A stretch of 63,811 nucleotides of DNA, filler included, from Craspedostauros australis (lineage: Eukaryota): the NCBI GenBank assembly GCA_030167865.1. It is 12 parts of 12 records of this genome, joined end to end, with 100 filler letters (N's around TTAATTAATTAA, not from the genome) between each part and the next. Parts side by side here need not be neighbours in the genome. Positions count along the whole stretch, not along the records: positions 7,292 to 12,829 come from JALAGF010000247.1; positions 12,930 to 15,116 come from JALAGF010000248.1; positions 15,217 to 27,035 come from JALAGF010000249.1; 9 more parts are not named here. One strand, given 5' to 3'. Positions 10,201-21,796 of the stretch are shown here, in pieces (position 1 is the stretch's first letter; the number at the start of each line of letters is the position of its first letter). Under the pieces are notes generated by a model. The model was not told the origin of the DNA, did no database searches, and was given only the letters and a program-made list of their open reading frames with translations. A program made the position numbers and the translations under genes.

Positions 10201-12670
10201 GGTGTCAGGGTCGGTCAGTGCTCTGTGCAGCCTCAGACATTTCACCCTCACCCTTTCTTCCACCACTGCTGCGCCATAGGAGGTCGTCTTTCCCTCCACA
10301 TTGAAACCATAATAGCGACCGACCTCCTCCCAAGCAACTTGATTGAAGATGGTGGCGTTGTCGCTGTTGATCCACTCGCCACTGTTGAGTACAGCTTCGA
10401 TCATGCGAAAAACAGATGTGCTGGTGAAGGAAAATCGCCTTTGGAGGAACCAGATGTGATCGCCTTGTGTGCAGGTAAGACCGTCCACTTGCAGCTCCCA
10501 GATCTTCTTCTTCCATCTCATTCGGACTGCGTGCTCGGCGTCTGCGACAAGGTTGGCGGTGTTTGCTGCGTTTGGTGAGATTGCAGCGACGGCTTCCGTT
10601 TGTGCCTCTGTTAGGGGGCCGTAGGTTTGAGCGCCAACGCCAGTTGTAGTCACTGCCTTCGCTGCAGTATACACAGACGAACGCTGGAAATCAGAGAGGC
10701 ATTCATGGAAGAATTGAGGGTACGACTCTGACTGCGGATTCGGACCATCCTTCTGTACTACCATGTTGTGATACATCCTTTGGTCTCGTTGATGACGAAA
10801 GTTGATATCCCAGTCGAATCCACCGGGCTTGGAGGACGTCGCAAGTACAGTATTCTGTCCTTGGCGATAAGCATAGCACCACATCGTGCGGCCCGATATG
10901 CTGTTTGTGGTTGCCACAGACAGCATTGGCGGGCCTGGGCGGCCCACATCCATTTGGAGGGCGCGATTCCTGGTGTTGGGATTGTATGTGAATGGGATGT
11001 GTGGGCTGCGCTTCTGCGTCCCTTCGATGTCGGCATGTTTGCTCATCAGGTCTGTAGCCAGCTCTTCAGAATTGTAGCCTCGGTCACACAATATGGTGAC
11101 ATTGCGGAGACGACCATCTGCTTGGGCTAGTTGTCCTAGTATGTTAGTACTATCATTGACAACTCCATCACGGGAGGCAGCGACTCCAACCACCAATCCC
11201 GACGCTGTATGCACCAATGTATTCAAAGTAAATCTGCAAACGGAAGAAGGAGCAATAGATGCAGAGAAGAGAATGTTAGTAACACGATCGTATTGCAACG
11301 GTCAGTAGTCATCACAAATTGGCAGCGGCAACTTACCCGTCGCGATTACATTGCACATGTCGCTGACCCAAGAGGCAGCTCTTTTCGCCCCGAGTCTGAC
11401 AATGTACTTTGTCGTCGTCCAAGGTGACCATACGATGGAACTTTCCACGTGCAAGGCAGATAGTTTTCAACGTAGTATTCACCGCATTCTCTAGGTCCAC
11501 CCAAAGGAATTGATGGCCAGTGTAGTTGTCTGGTGCGCCGTTCTGTTCAATGCGACTCCAAATTGCCATGTAGGAATCTCGCGATGGGAAATTTGGCAGC
11601 ATCCGTGTTTCAGGCGACTCGTACATTCCCTTCACTGTTGAACTCAGAAGTATCTGCTCACAGAATCCATAGAGGAGTTCAAGATACTCAGTGTAGGTCA
11701 GCCCAAATGCCTCTGGCCCCATCGCAGTGAGAAAGACAACTGAGGAGGGGCCCAAGAGGTGTTGAACCAAATCGTTCATGGTTGGCACGGATGGAGGACG
11801 ATGGTGCAATAGTTGGAGGACGTTGCTGCGGGTGCACTGCACCTCAGACCGTGCATTGAGGAGACTGAAGTCATGTGCCTCGCTGCAGGTCATGCGTGTC
11901 CTGTGAAGGTTGGGGCTGAGCACACTCCACTCAAGAATACCCCGGGAAGAGTTCTCTGAAGGTGGGATGACTACTCGATGACTATGAGCAGCCTTGTTCG
12001 AAGGGAGCACCCCAAACTGCAAAGAGTCTTCAACAAGAATGGACCCTTTGTTGGCATGATCACTGTCACTGCGATGGCTGACATCATCATCATCTGCACT
12101 TGCAACATCCAAGCCATGACTGTGAGCAGCCACAGAAGCATGGCTGCAGTTGGGGTTGCGAGGAGAGTGAGGTGACGGAGCAGTTGCAGGTGGAACCATG
12201 GCAGATACATGTGGGGGCATGGGATGGCGGAGAGGATGGAAACCTGTTTCTGGTGGTGTTGCATCTTTGTCAGCACTGGAGGAAGATTGAGGGAGACGGA
12301 TGCTCATGGTGATGTGAAAGTGGGAAGTGCGGAAGGCGAGAGAGACGTTGATGCTGCTGCAATGAGGTGTGGAGCAGGTGAAGACGAACGACGTTGCTGG
12401 AGCAAGGTCGACATGGATGGTGATGGGCGCAAACACAACAGCGACACAGAGAAGAAAGCAGGCGATTGTCCGTTGCAATGCAATTTCGAAGGAGGAGAAA
12501 CAAATTCGAAGGAATCGAGCGAGTCTATCACGATTGCTCTTCGTGTTAAATTGCCACAGTAATTCTTGAATGCGTCCTGACGCAAACACAAACGGTGCGA
12601 CGTATTTAGCTTGCGTCAGGACGCAAAAAGGGATCGTTTTGCGTCCTGACGCAGAAAAAAATCACTATGG
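7292..12670 (-). mobile_element. piggyBac-like transposon copy 2 (inverted, right end lost at contig break)
   Basis: Reverse complement of 5-5383 (position x maps to 12675-x), with identical six-frame translations. The TIR ends at 12670 and is followed by ATAT (12671-12674) and a unique flank. Confidence 0.92.
7535..12307 (-). CDS. transposase-exonuclease fusion, copy 2; exons 12307-11337, 11233-9321, 9183-7535
   Basis: ORF translations are identical to copy 1. Confidence 0.85.
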
Positions 12671-13363
12671 ATATCACTTTCTTCGTACCTGAAGAAAGTT
12701 TGAGAGATGGGCGATCCAGCCATGTGTCGCTTTCGATGGGGTTGCTAGGATGCTTGTGTCGCAATCAGAGCCTGAACTACTCGTGAATCGTTTTTTGGCC
12801 AGCGGGACTGTCGCAAAATTGATTCGGCGNNNNNNNNNNNNNNNNNNNNNNNNNNNNNNNNNNNNNNNNNNNNTTAATTAATTAANNNNNNNNNNNNNNN
12901 NNNNNNNNNNNNNNNNNNNNNNNNNNNNNGCGACCGCTTGCATCAGCGGTATACGAAAAAGGAACGTGACAACGGTTTCAAGCAGAGTGCAAGAGAGAAG
13001 CTGAAGGCCCAACAACCCCAGAAGAAGACACACAGAGACGGACAAGCACAACAACCAACCAACCAATCATCGAGTACAAATCGCGAATTAGGGAGGGTGT
13101 CGAAATGTGTGACATCAGTAATTCCCGATTGTACGGGACTGAACCAAAATAGAGTACAGAAACAACAAATACCCCCCTATCGTCAACGTGGCAAGCGCAT
13201 GATCGATCACTCCTGAGCGTTACAGGAGCACGTTACTTTTAGGACTACGGGGAATTTCGACAAACCACTGTACTCGTACGCATTACTCGTATGGATGCAG
13301 GCCACCTTTCGGCTCCATTCTGCCTCAACGCCTTCGCGCACACGCACGCGCCGATCGACGCCC

Positions 13364-15030
13364 TCACTTGGCGACTGTGAACACTCTGTCGTTGCAACTA
13401 ATCTCCAGCATATCCTCCGCATTGTATCGCGCATAGCAACCATGAGCTCTCTGGCAATACTCCAATTCACGTTCCACGTCGGTGCCCTCAAGTTTCTTTC
13501 TGTGCACCGCAAATGCGTGTTCAAAATATCCAAATGGGCGTTTGTGCTTGACGTTCAATTGCAAGCCGAGGCCGCCCCAGGAATGTGACGCATCTGCTTG
13601 CCCGTACGTTGACCAAATGATCGGTTGGTTGTTCATTTGGGCGAGAGCACCGCCATGGTGTCCGTATGTCAAGCCCGCTTGCTTGAAATATTCGTCGATC
13701 TCATCGAAGTATGCAAGCGACGAGTTCATGAAGCCCGTCTTTTCATTGCAAATCGGTTGCATGTTCCCGGTTTGGTAAAAGTCTTCATACGTCTGTACAA
13801 GGCTGAACCACAACCCAGGTTGATCTGTGACATAATGTGTGCAATGCGTACGAGAAGCAAACAATGATTGGATATAGATGAAGCAGAGTGTCGAGTGCAC
13901 ATTACAGAGTGTAATGGGGGTATGTCCGAAAGCACGACACGTTTCAAATTTGGCACGGCATGAGGTGATAAGGACGAAGAATGATGAAGCGAAGAGTGGG
14001 GTGCGCTCATGATACGATGCCACAATTTTGATGGCTGCGAGTTTGGATCGTCGTGAGCGGCACCATCATCAAAAGCAGACGCTGAAAGTGCGCTAGCAGC
14101 GCTGACTGCGTATCCAAGGGGACGCTGCCAAGCGCGCCACTATTGAATAGAATAGAGGGGGTAGCCCTTACCACTGTGCTGCCATTCGTATGTTGGTCCA
14201 CTCCGCCTCATCTTCATGGGCACGTTGCCCCTCTGACACAGCCCGTCGCCAAACTTCATCCAATTGTCCAACATGCGCTTGCCGAAGGGTGAATTCTTCA
14301 CGAGAACCGCAAAACTGGAGAAGTGGAATGTATTGATATCGTCTGTCGGAACGAACACGCTGGGCGTTTGGTTGTAAACCTTGAATTCTCGGAGGAAGGA
14401 CTCCAGTGGGAACGATAAGTCGCGGAAGTAATGATCGGCGTCAGCGTACATGACCCAGTCGTAGTCGTCGATGATCGCCTGCAGGTGGGGCACGCGGTTC
14501 CAATGCCCGAAATTCAGCCATGGCGATGCATCTTTCTGTTGCTGCGTGAATGATTCGGTTTGGTTAACGATCAAGTCATAATCCCACAGATAGGCGTAGC
14601 ATGCCTTGTTGACCATGTGCTTCAATTCCTTGAGCCTTGTATCTGCTCCGAGGGACGGCACGAAGGAAGACAGCAATGCGATTCGTGGACGTCGTTTGTT
14701 GGAGTCGATGTGATGAGAGCCATTGGCTCTGGTGTAGTTGATGCTGTTAGTGATGTTTGTTTCAGTCCCATTGAGCGCGGCAGATGTTTCTGGCTGCTCA
14801 GCAGTCACAACCTTGCTGAAGGAAGGCATATCCTGGACTTCGATGAATGGAACCGCCAGCTGTCTGTTGGTTGACCTGAGAAGGAGCATGTTGGCGAAGA
14901 ATGAGATGGCCATGAAAATATGCAGCAACGTAGCGTTCTGCTTCGTTCTTGCTGCGACCTGAGCAGTCGGACGACCACTTTCGCGGGACGTCGGCCGCCG
15001 CTTCTTTGACTGTTTCCTGACCTCTTTCAT
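13364..15030 (-). CDS. type II membrane glycosyltransferase, GT34 (GMA12/MNN10)-like; intron 13825-14171
   Basis: N-terminal TM helix. Motifs KACYAYLWDYDL, WNRVPHLQ and YDWVMYADAD (DxD). Splicing at G|GTAAG ... CACAG| gives WQHSDQPGLW. Confidence 0.7.
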
Positions 15031-15216
15031 CCTGACGGCAATGGCCGTGCGTGACAAATCCAGCTGATCTCAATTCGTTTGCAGTCTTCCCGTTTCAGTG
15101 TTGTCGGGAGATCCGCNNNNNNNNNNNNNNNNNNNNNNNNNNNNNNNNNNNNNNNNNNNNTTAATTAATTAANNNNNNNNNNNNNNNNNNNNNNNNNNNN
15201 NNNNNNNNNNNNNNNN

Positions 15217-15921
15217 GTGCAGCGTTCGAAACCAGGTGGGAGTTTCTCATCCTTGCCCAACACTGATGGTGGGAAGACGAAGGTCGCCGGTGCGCCAGTC
15301 CTTCCACTCGGCGTGACCTCGCTGTCGCTGCTGGTCTCCGACGGAGCAATGGGCGGAGCCGCGGGAGGAGGGGAACCGTCCATGACGAATAGAGGGAAGA
15401 GACTATGCGTCAGAAACGACACGTGTTGTGGTCTGTGGCAGTGATCAGAATGTCTCGTGCAAGATGTTGGTCGAAGTGGAGCATCGAGGTGTGATCATGA
15501 GGTGGGTTGTGACAGATGATTGTCTTGGAATGAGAGAATCGAGATGAGAGAATCGAGCGATGGCGATGTGATGGTGATGTGATGGCGATGTGATGGATGA
15601 TGTTTTTCTCTTTGTTGTTCCAAAACGAACGCAAAAGTCTACGATGGCGGCCAATGTAGACAGATGTGGAGGACAAGAAGGACTAAACTAGAACGAAATA
15701 ACACAACATGATTGGCCAAAGTCTATTATCCATGTGGAAGTGATACATTTTCCGGGACTCTCTGAGTGGAAATGATTTCCATTTCTGGTGCAGAAATGGA
15801 AATCATTTCCACTCAGCGAGGGGGTGATTTCTTGCCACCCCCCGGGAAAGTGTCTCTATCAGGTTATGACTCCCTCGTGGGACTGGTCGTGACTGGGTGA
15901 GTGGAATGCAGAACTTCTCTA
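15217..15921 (-). mobile_element. terminal 705 bp of a repeated element, probably a hAT-like DNA transposon 5' end
   Basis: Matches 27136-27840, and the flanks diverge right after ...CTTCTCTA. The minus-strand terminus TAGAG fits the hAT YARNG consensus. An ORF (MDGSPPP...) reads inward to the contig break. The other end and the TSD are not visible. Confidence 0.6.
15762..15816. repeat. perfect 26-bp inverted repeat with 3-nt loop (copy at 27681-27735)
   Basis: CTGAGTGGAAATGATTTCCATTTCTG-GTG-CAGAAATGGAAATCATTTCCACTCAG. Confidence 0.95.
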
Positions 15922-15957
15922 TTTGACATGAATTGCTCACAAAAAGATCGAGAGACC

Positions 15958-17136
15958 ATGACAACGACATCACTCATACTACTGCTGGTGTTCGCCATCG
16001 TCGGGTCGGCGGCCTTCATGGTGCCTGTCACCCAACATGGCCGCGTCGCGCGTTGCAACGATGGCGTGGTGCTGGCGTCGTCCTTCTTTGACGATTTCGA
16101 AGATTTCGAAATGGATTCCAAGGATGACAACAAGTCCAAGAAGGATGATAAGAAGAAGTCCAACAAAGATGATGAAGATGAGGAGGACGACGATGAGGAA
16201 GATGAAGACGACGACGAGGAGGATGAATACGCCGACGTGGACGTCGCGGCCTTCCGATCCAAGATGGGAAGCCTCTTTGGCGAGGACGACTCCACGCAAT
16301 CCTCCACGCAATCCACGCCCATGCCGCAGGGCGTCAGCGACGTCGACGCCGTGGACGAATTGATCAGCTTTGCCCGCAAGCAGGGCGGCGAAACGGAGAC
16401 CACGACCAACTGGGCCAAGCCCGCCACAACGCTGGAACCGGGCGTCGTCCTCATCGCCAATCCCGAAAAGTTCTGCTCCGACTTCGGCTCAGGATCGCCC
16501 AGCACGTCTCTGCTGGCCAAGTTCGGTCTCACGGTGCCGCCGCCCGCGGATTTGGGCCCGGATCGTCGTGCCGATCTGCTGCCGGTTCTCATGATCGTGG
16601 AGCAGGATATCCTGCGCGGCTCGCGTGCCGTCCTGCTCAATCGGCGGACGGGATACCTCTTGGGAGATCTGGAGGCCGCAGGCGACGACGATCCTTCCAC
16701 GGCTGCGCCCATGTTGGAAAAGTTCTGTATCCAGCCGCTGTGGTTCGGCGGGGTCGACAACGTCTCGGGCGGATTGAGCATGCTGCATCAGTGTCCCACG
16801 GTCGAGGGCGCCAAGGAGATCACGGAGGACGGGCTGTTCTGGGGCGGCGACCCCAACCAGGCCCAGGACGTCATGGAGGACACGACCAACGCGCTGGGAC
16901 GTCCGCTGTCGGGATTCGATTTCAAATTCTTCGTCCAGGCCACGATGTGGAATCCTCTAATGCTGCAGCGTGAGGTGGACAACGGCAACTGGTACGCCGC
17001 CAAGGTCGATAAGGAAATCCTCTTCAAGAGCCGCGACCGCATGGGATCGCGCCGGGCGACTCCGTTGTGGACCGAGATCCTCAACCTCATGGGTGGCGAG
17101 TTCAAGGATGTTTGTGATGAATTCTATAAAAAGTAA
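15958..17136 (+). CDS. DUF179 (AlgH/YqgE-like) protein, probably plastid-targeted
   Basis: Signal peptide ending SAAF (ASAFAP-like) and an acidic tract. DUF179-like motifs GVVLIA, AVLLNR, PLWFGG, GLFWGG, FKFF and LQREVDNGNW. Confidence 0.78.
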   Translation: MTTTSLILLLVFAIVGSAAFMVPVTQHGRVARCNDGVVLASSFFDDFEDFEMDSKDDNKSKKDDKKKSNKDDEDEEDDDEEDEDDDEEDEYADVDVAAFRSKMGSLFGEDDSTQSSTQSTPMPQGVSDVDAVDELISFARKQGGETETTTNWAKPATTLEPGVVLIANPEKFCSDFGSGSPSTSLLAKFGLTVPPPADLGPDRRADLLPVLMIVEQDILRGSRAVLLNRRTGYLLGDLEAAGDDDPSTAAPMLEKFCIQPLWFGGVDNVSGGLSMLHQCPTVEGAKEITEDGLFWGGDPNQAQDVMEDTTNALGRPLSGFDFKFFVQATMWNPLMLQREVDNGNWYAAKVDKEILFKSRDRMGSRRATPLWTEILNLMGGEFKDVCDEFYKK

Positions 17137-17373
17137 CCAGCACCATTATACCTGGAGAGAGTAGAGCAAGCACACACGACGACTGTTTTCGATCGACGGA
17201 GACTGACACGGGCGCGTAGAACAACAAGGAGAATTAGCTCAACGATGAATGGGGCGCCCACTAAAGTAGTAGTGCTATCCAACATCTTTATGATCGTACT
17301 CGTACCAGTATGATACTATCATCAGTTTGCATTTTCAGTCAGTTCTATCCATCCATTAGTTCTACTAGCCCGA

Positions 17374-20300
17374 TCATGACACGGAACGGATATCGTCCAC
17401 GACGTGGGCATTGCGACCACGCAGCAACGAGTTGGTCAAGGCTTCCGGCAGCAGATCCTTGCGCGTGATGATGCCGACCACCTGGTTGTTGTGATTCACG
17501 ACGCACAGGAAACGGAGTCCCAGTGTGCGGAACAGTCGGTAGGTGCGCTGGATCGACGCTGTCTCGTTCACGGTGTATGGTGCCGTGTTGGCGTACGGTC
17601 GCAGATCCAACCAGCAATTCTGGTCGCTCTCGCGCATGTCGACGTCGTCGATGGTGGGGTAACGCGGGTAGGCGCGTTCGATGGTGTCCCATTGGACCAG
17701 CGGACTCAAGCGACGTGGCCCCAGGCTGCCGTTGATATCATCTTCCTCCAGAACATCCGGAGAACCAAATGCACGTCGCTGCAGCAGAGTGCACAGCATG
17801 GCGCGGCTTGCCGTTCCGTACAACGTGCCGCCGCTCGCGGCATCCACGATTGGGAAAGTGCCGTGGGAGCTCTCCTTCAGCAGCTGGTACACCAAGCCAG
17901 CGCGTTCCACCGGTCGCAAACACTTCACCTTCGTCGACATGACCTGCCCGGCCACAATCTCATGCCGCTCCGCGATCGGTGGAACTTCCGGCTCCATGAA
18001 CGGAATGTGCTTCAGGTGGATGTGGATATCGTACAGACCTTCATTGAAGACGTTACCTGTGAAACGCGCGGACATGAGCACAAGCATGAGCGGCAGCACG
18101 TACTGCATGTCACCTGTGGCCTCCAACAAGATGACGGTCAACGAAATCGTCATGCGCGCCATTCCGCCCAAGACTGCGGCGGCGCCCATCAACGCGTAGG
18201 TTCCGCTGTCTGCGAATGTTCCGCTGGTGTGATCGAGCTTGTGCAAGAGGTGGCCGCAAAGTCGCCCGAAGGCGGCACCCGAAAGCAAGGATGGCACGAA
18301 CAGCCCACTGGGAACCGCGATACCGTACACGACCGTCGCCATTATTATGTACGGCACGAAGAAGAGGAAGAGCGCGCCGGAGGAGAAGGTGGAATTGTCA
18401 TCGCTGCCACCCTCGCGGAAATGGAAGAGCTGCTTGATGGCCACATCGGCCTCCGTGAAGATGAGACTGGCAACTTCGTTGTATTCCGTCTCCGGATTGC
18501 AACGGAATGGTACCAGCGATTCCACCAGATGGATTTCCTGATTTGTCCAGTCCTGCATGTCGGTGGGCTTCTCCGTGCAACGGTTCCAGACGAGCGGCAT
18601 GGCGAAGGAGACGATGGAAACCACCAAACTGATGGCGATGACCTCCATGAACCGTCTGCCTCTCGAATGGTTGATGCGCTTCATGCGCCAGATGGTGATG
18701 TGCTCGTTGGCGGCGTTGAAAACGGCACCGATGAGACCTCCGAGACAGCCAATGATGATGAAAATCGGGAGCTCCCAAATCGAAAAGTTGGAGGCTTCGC
18801 CACTGTCAATTGTTGGTGTGCGCAAACGTGCGTAAGCGTGCGTAAGCGTACGCATGTGGATAAGGAGCAAAAGGGAGAGAATAACACAACCAAACAAAGG
18901 ATGTGAGCTGGATGATTCATGAACATTGTGAAAATGACGACCAACTCGGATTCCAAAAGTGCAACTCACGTGAGGCTGTTGAATTCGCCAAAGGAAAAGA
19001 GCTTATCGACGTCGGCCTGTCCCCACCACGAATCGACGTTGCGGATGGCGAAGAGCGTCGCGACGGTGGTCATGGCGCAGAAAAATGCACGCCAGGTGAG
19101 CTTGGTGGACCAGTAGCTGGCACCCTCCTCGAGACTGAAGAGGACACCACCGATGGGCGCACCGAAGGCCGCTGCCACACCGGCGGCAGCACCGCAAGCG
19201 ACGAAATCGCGCTTCTCGCGGTCGTTGCGGAAGTCCGAGAATTTGGAAAAGCTGGTGTCGACGCCCCAGCATTTGGTGCGGCCTTGCGAGATTCCGGCCG
19301 CGACGACGGAACCGGAGTGGACCATGGGGCCTTCCTTTCCGACGGGCAGACCGGCTGCGACGGAGAAGGTGACGCCGATGACCTTGCAGAAGAGCGTCTT
19401 GACTCTCACGATGCGTGGCAGGTCGATTCCGTTGAGGAAGCACTTGATTTCTGGAATTCCGGATCCGGCCGCAACTGGTTCTAGGTAGACGAAGGCACTG
19501 GCGCATGCTGCAAAGAGGGTCTGGTAGAAGCAAAATGCAAGGAAGGCGGAGCCACCAAAGAAGTTGGACGATCCGTCGTCGCCGTCCTCGGAACCCGTCT
19601 GCGGCGCATCCGTGTCGATGAGCGCATCGTCACCAACCACCGGCATCGCCTCCACGACGTGCTGGTTGTTGTAGGCGTCTTCCAGGAGGTCCTTGACGTG
19701 GTCGAACTTTTGCTTGGAAAGGATTTTGGTGAAGAAGTTGCAGATGGTGGCGACGAGGGCCTGGATGACCCCGATGAGGAAGGTGAGGACCCATCGTTTG
19801 AGGGCGCGTTTCTTGCTGGTGGTCCACCACTGCCCGCGGTTGGTGAAGTGCACCTGAGCCACGTAGGCACGCCAGACCTCGCTTTCATCCGGTTCGTAGT
19901 TGTGCGATTGTATGTGGCTGTTGTGGGAGGATCTATTGTGCAGTGATTGGTAGCCACCTCCGCCGTAACCGTCACCGCGTGAGGATCCTGGATGGTCCTT
20001 GAAGGCTGTGCGCGTGAAGTATGCCCCGTTGAGCTGCTGGCCGTTGGTGTTGGGACCGCCCATGGACGTGACAGCGTTCTCGTCGCTTTCCAGGCTAGTC
20101 TCGCGCACGTGACGGCCGTTCTGATCGAATTCGGTGTTCATTGTGCCAAGGTCGTTGATTCTCGCGTCACGCGTAGCTGCCTTAACTGTCAGCGATTGGA
20201 AGATGGAACCAAAGAATGAGGAGGTTTGCTGCCGTTGCTGGTGGTCCTGGCTACGGTGCTGATGTGGTTGATCTTTTGTCGGCGTCTCTTCTGTGCCTGC

Positions 20301-20585
20301 GGTTGTATCCGTTCGCGTGGACAAGAATATATCGTCGGAGCCTTCGCTGGCGTTGCTGCTGCTCTGGCGTAGCAATGATTGGCCCTGTTCCGGGGTCCTG
20401 CTGACTTCTGATGCACCTGCCTTGGTGACGATGCCAGAAATATCCACGAGCCTCCCTTGTGCGTTGCTGCCTATCCCTCGCAACCAGCTCTTCCGTCTGC
20501 TGTCCTTGGCGTTTCTGCCGTCGTTTCGCTTTGCAGGAACCAGACGCGAAGTCTTCTTCTGCCGCTGTGCTGGAATCGCCTGCTA
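17374..20585 (-). CDS. CLC family Cl-/H+ antiporter (CLC-6/7-like) with two CBS domains; intron 18803-18969; 5' exon(s) not resolved
   Basis: Motifs GSGIPE, GKEGPMVH, GGVLFSLEE, GLFVP and YDIHI, followed by CBS domains. The intron is phase-compatible. The reading frame is open upstream to about 20585. Confidence 0.9.
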
Positions 20586-21796
20586 TGAGCATGTGCGATG
20601 CACCATGTACAGTTGCAGTAGTTGATTCGATATGAGATCCGATGATTCGATCCAATGATGCAGGAGCAGCAAGGAGTGTGAGGACACGCAGATAAATGAC
20701 CTATCGAATGGATTGCAAGTTGAGAAAGCCCCAGGGGAGGCAAGCCGAATGTATTGGGACTCATGTATATGAGTGGATGCATCACATTAACCGATGGGCA
20801 ACCTTGATGGGTAACCTGGATGGTCTGCACGCATGCTCTTGTGAGCAGCTGGTTGAGTACACCATCCATCCAATCCATTCACTCATGGGCGGCCCCGCTG
20901 ATGGACTGGCCCATCGCGACATGGCACCGGGACCATGCAAATGCCATACGAACATCATAGAATGAAAACACAATAGAGAGCGAAGCAACCAGAGTGCATT
21001 GCCGCTCTGCCACATCACAGTGGTGGCTCGGAACGCGGAAATCACCCAAAGACGCGTCGCCGCTGCGTCGCGCACAGTACAGCACAACGTTTCATTGTTC
21101 GGCAGGATGCTTACCTCTGCCATGCAGCACTCGATTTCAACGACGAGGATGGGATGAGCGGAGATCTGCTGCTGGATCTTCTTGTCCTTGCTGTGGTCTG
21201 TGGATGCGTTGGACGTCAACTGAGAGCAATGACCACGGTGCTTGATGGCATCTGTGGCTCTTGGACTCGCTGCAAGATGATGGGATCTTCACAGTGCCTT
21301 CGCTTGGCTTTTTCTGTTTTATGCAATGGCGATGCTTTATGCAATGACAATGCTTGATGAATGCATGAAAGAATGAATAGAGGCTCTTGTCTTCGTCCTC
21401 CTTGCTTGCAAATGAGACGATGCGGATACTCGTATGGTGCAATCGCAGTTGTGTGTCTTGGTCGTCGGCCATCTCTCTTTGCGCGCGCTTGGTGGATTCA
21501 TGTGCATCCGACAGCATTGCGCATTGCGGCAACAGACATCATCCACGCAAAGAGGCAGCGCCCTTCTTTGTTCGGAACAAACAAAAATGCGTGACCAAGG
21601 CAGCTATCGAAGTACTTCGCGATGAATCGTGTGCGCTCGACGAACATTGATTCGCGAACAAGTCACAGGAACGTGCGATTGATAACATCGATTCTAGTAC
21701 AACAACAAGATTAGAGATTATTCTGCAGAGATCAGAGCGGCTCGAAACGCGTACGATGCTATTTGATACTCCACCATATTCATACCCCCGCCACCA

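Noticed and set aside
1..12674. A 5.4-kb inverted repeat forming a giant palindrome or composite transposon
   Set aside because: The two arms are on different contigs separated by an artificial linker, so their orientation and distance are not established.
15217..15921. Helitron 3' end
   Set aside because: The large hairpin is about 105 nt from the end rather than about 12 nt, the shared sequence does not end in CTRR, and the ORF reads away from this end.
17404..18906. 500-aa plus-strand ORF and similar long antisense ORFs (2097-2948, 41108-41980, 48182-49426)
   Set aside because: They are shadows of GC3-rich genes on the opposite strand and have no motifs.
19455..19475. CLC as a nitrate-selective transporter
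   Set aside because: The selectivity motif is GSGIPE (Ser, chloride type) rather than GPGIPE, so this is an ordinary antiporter.
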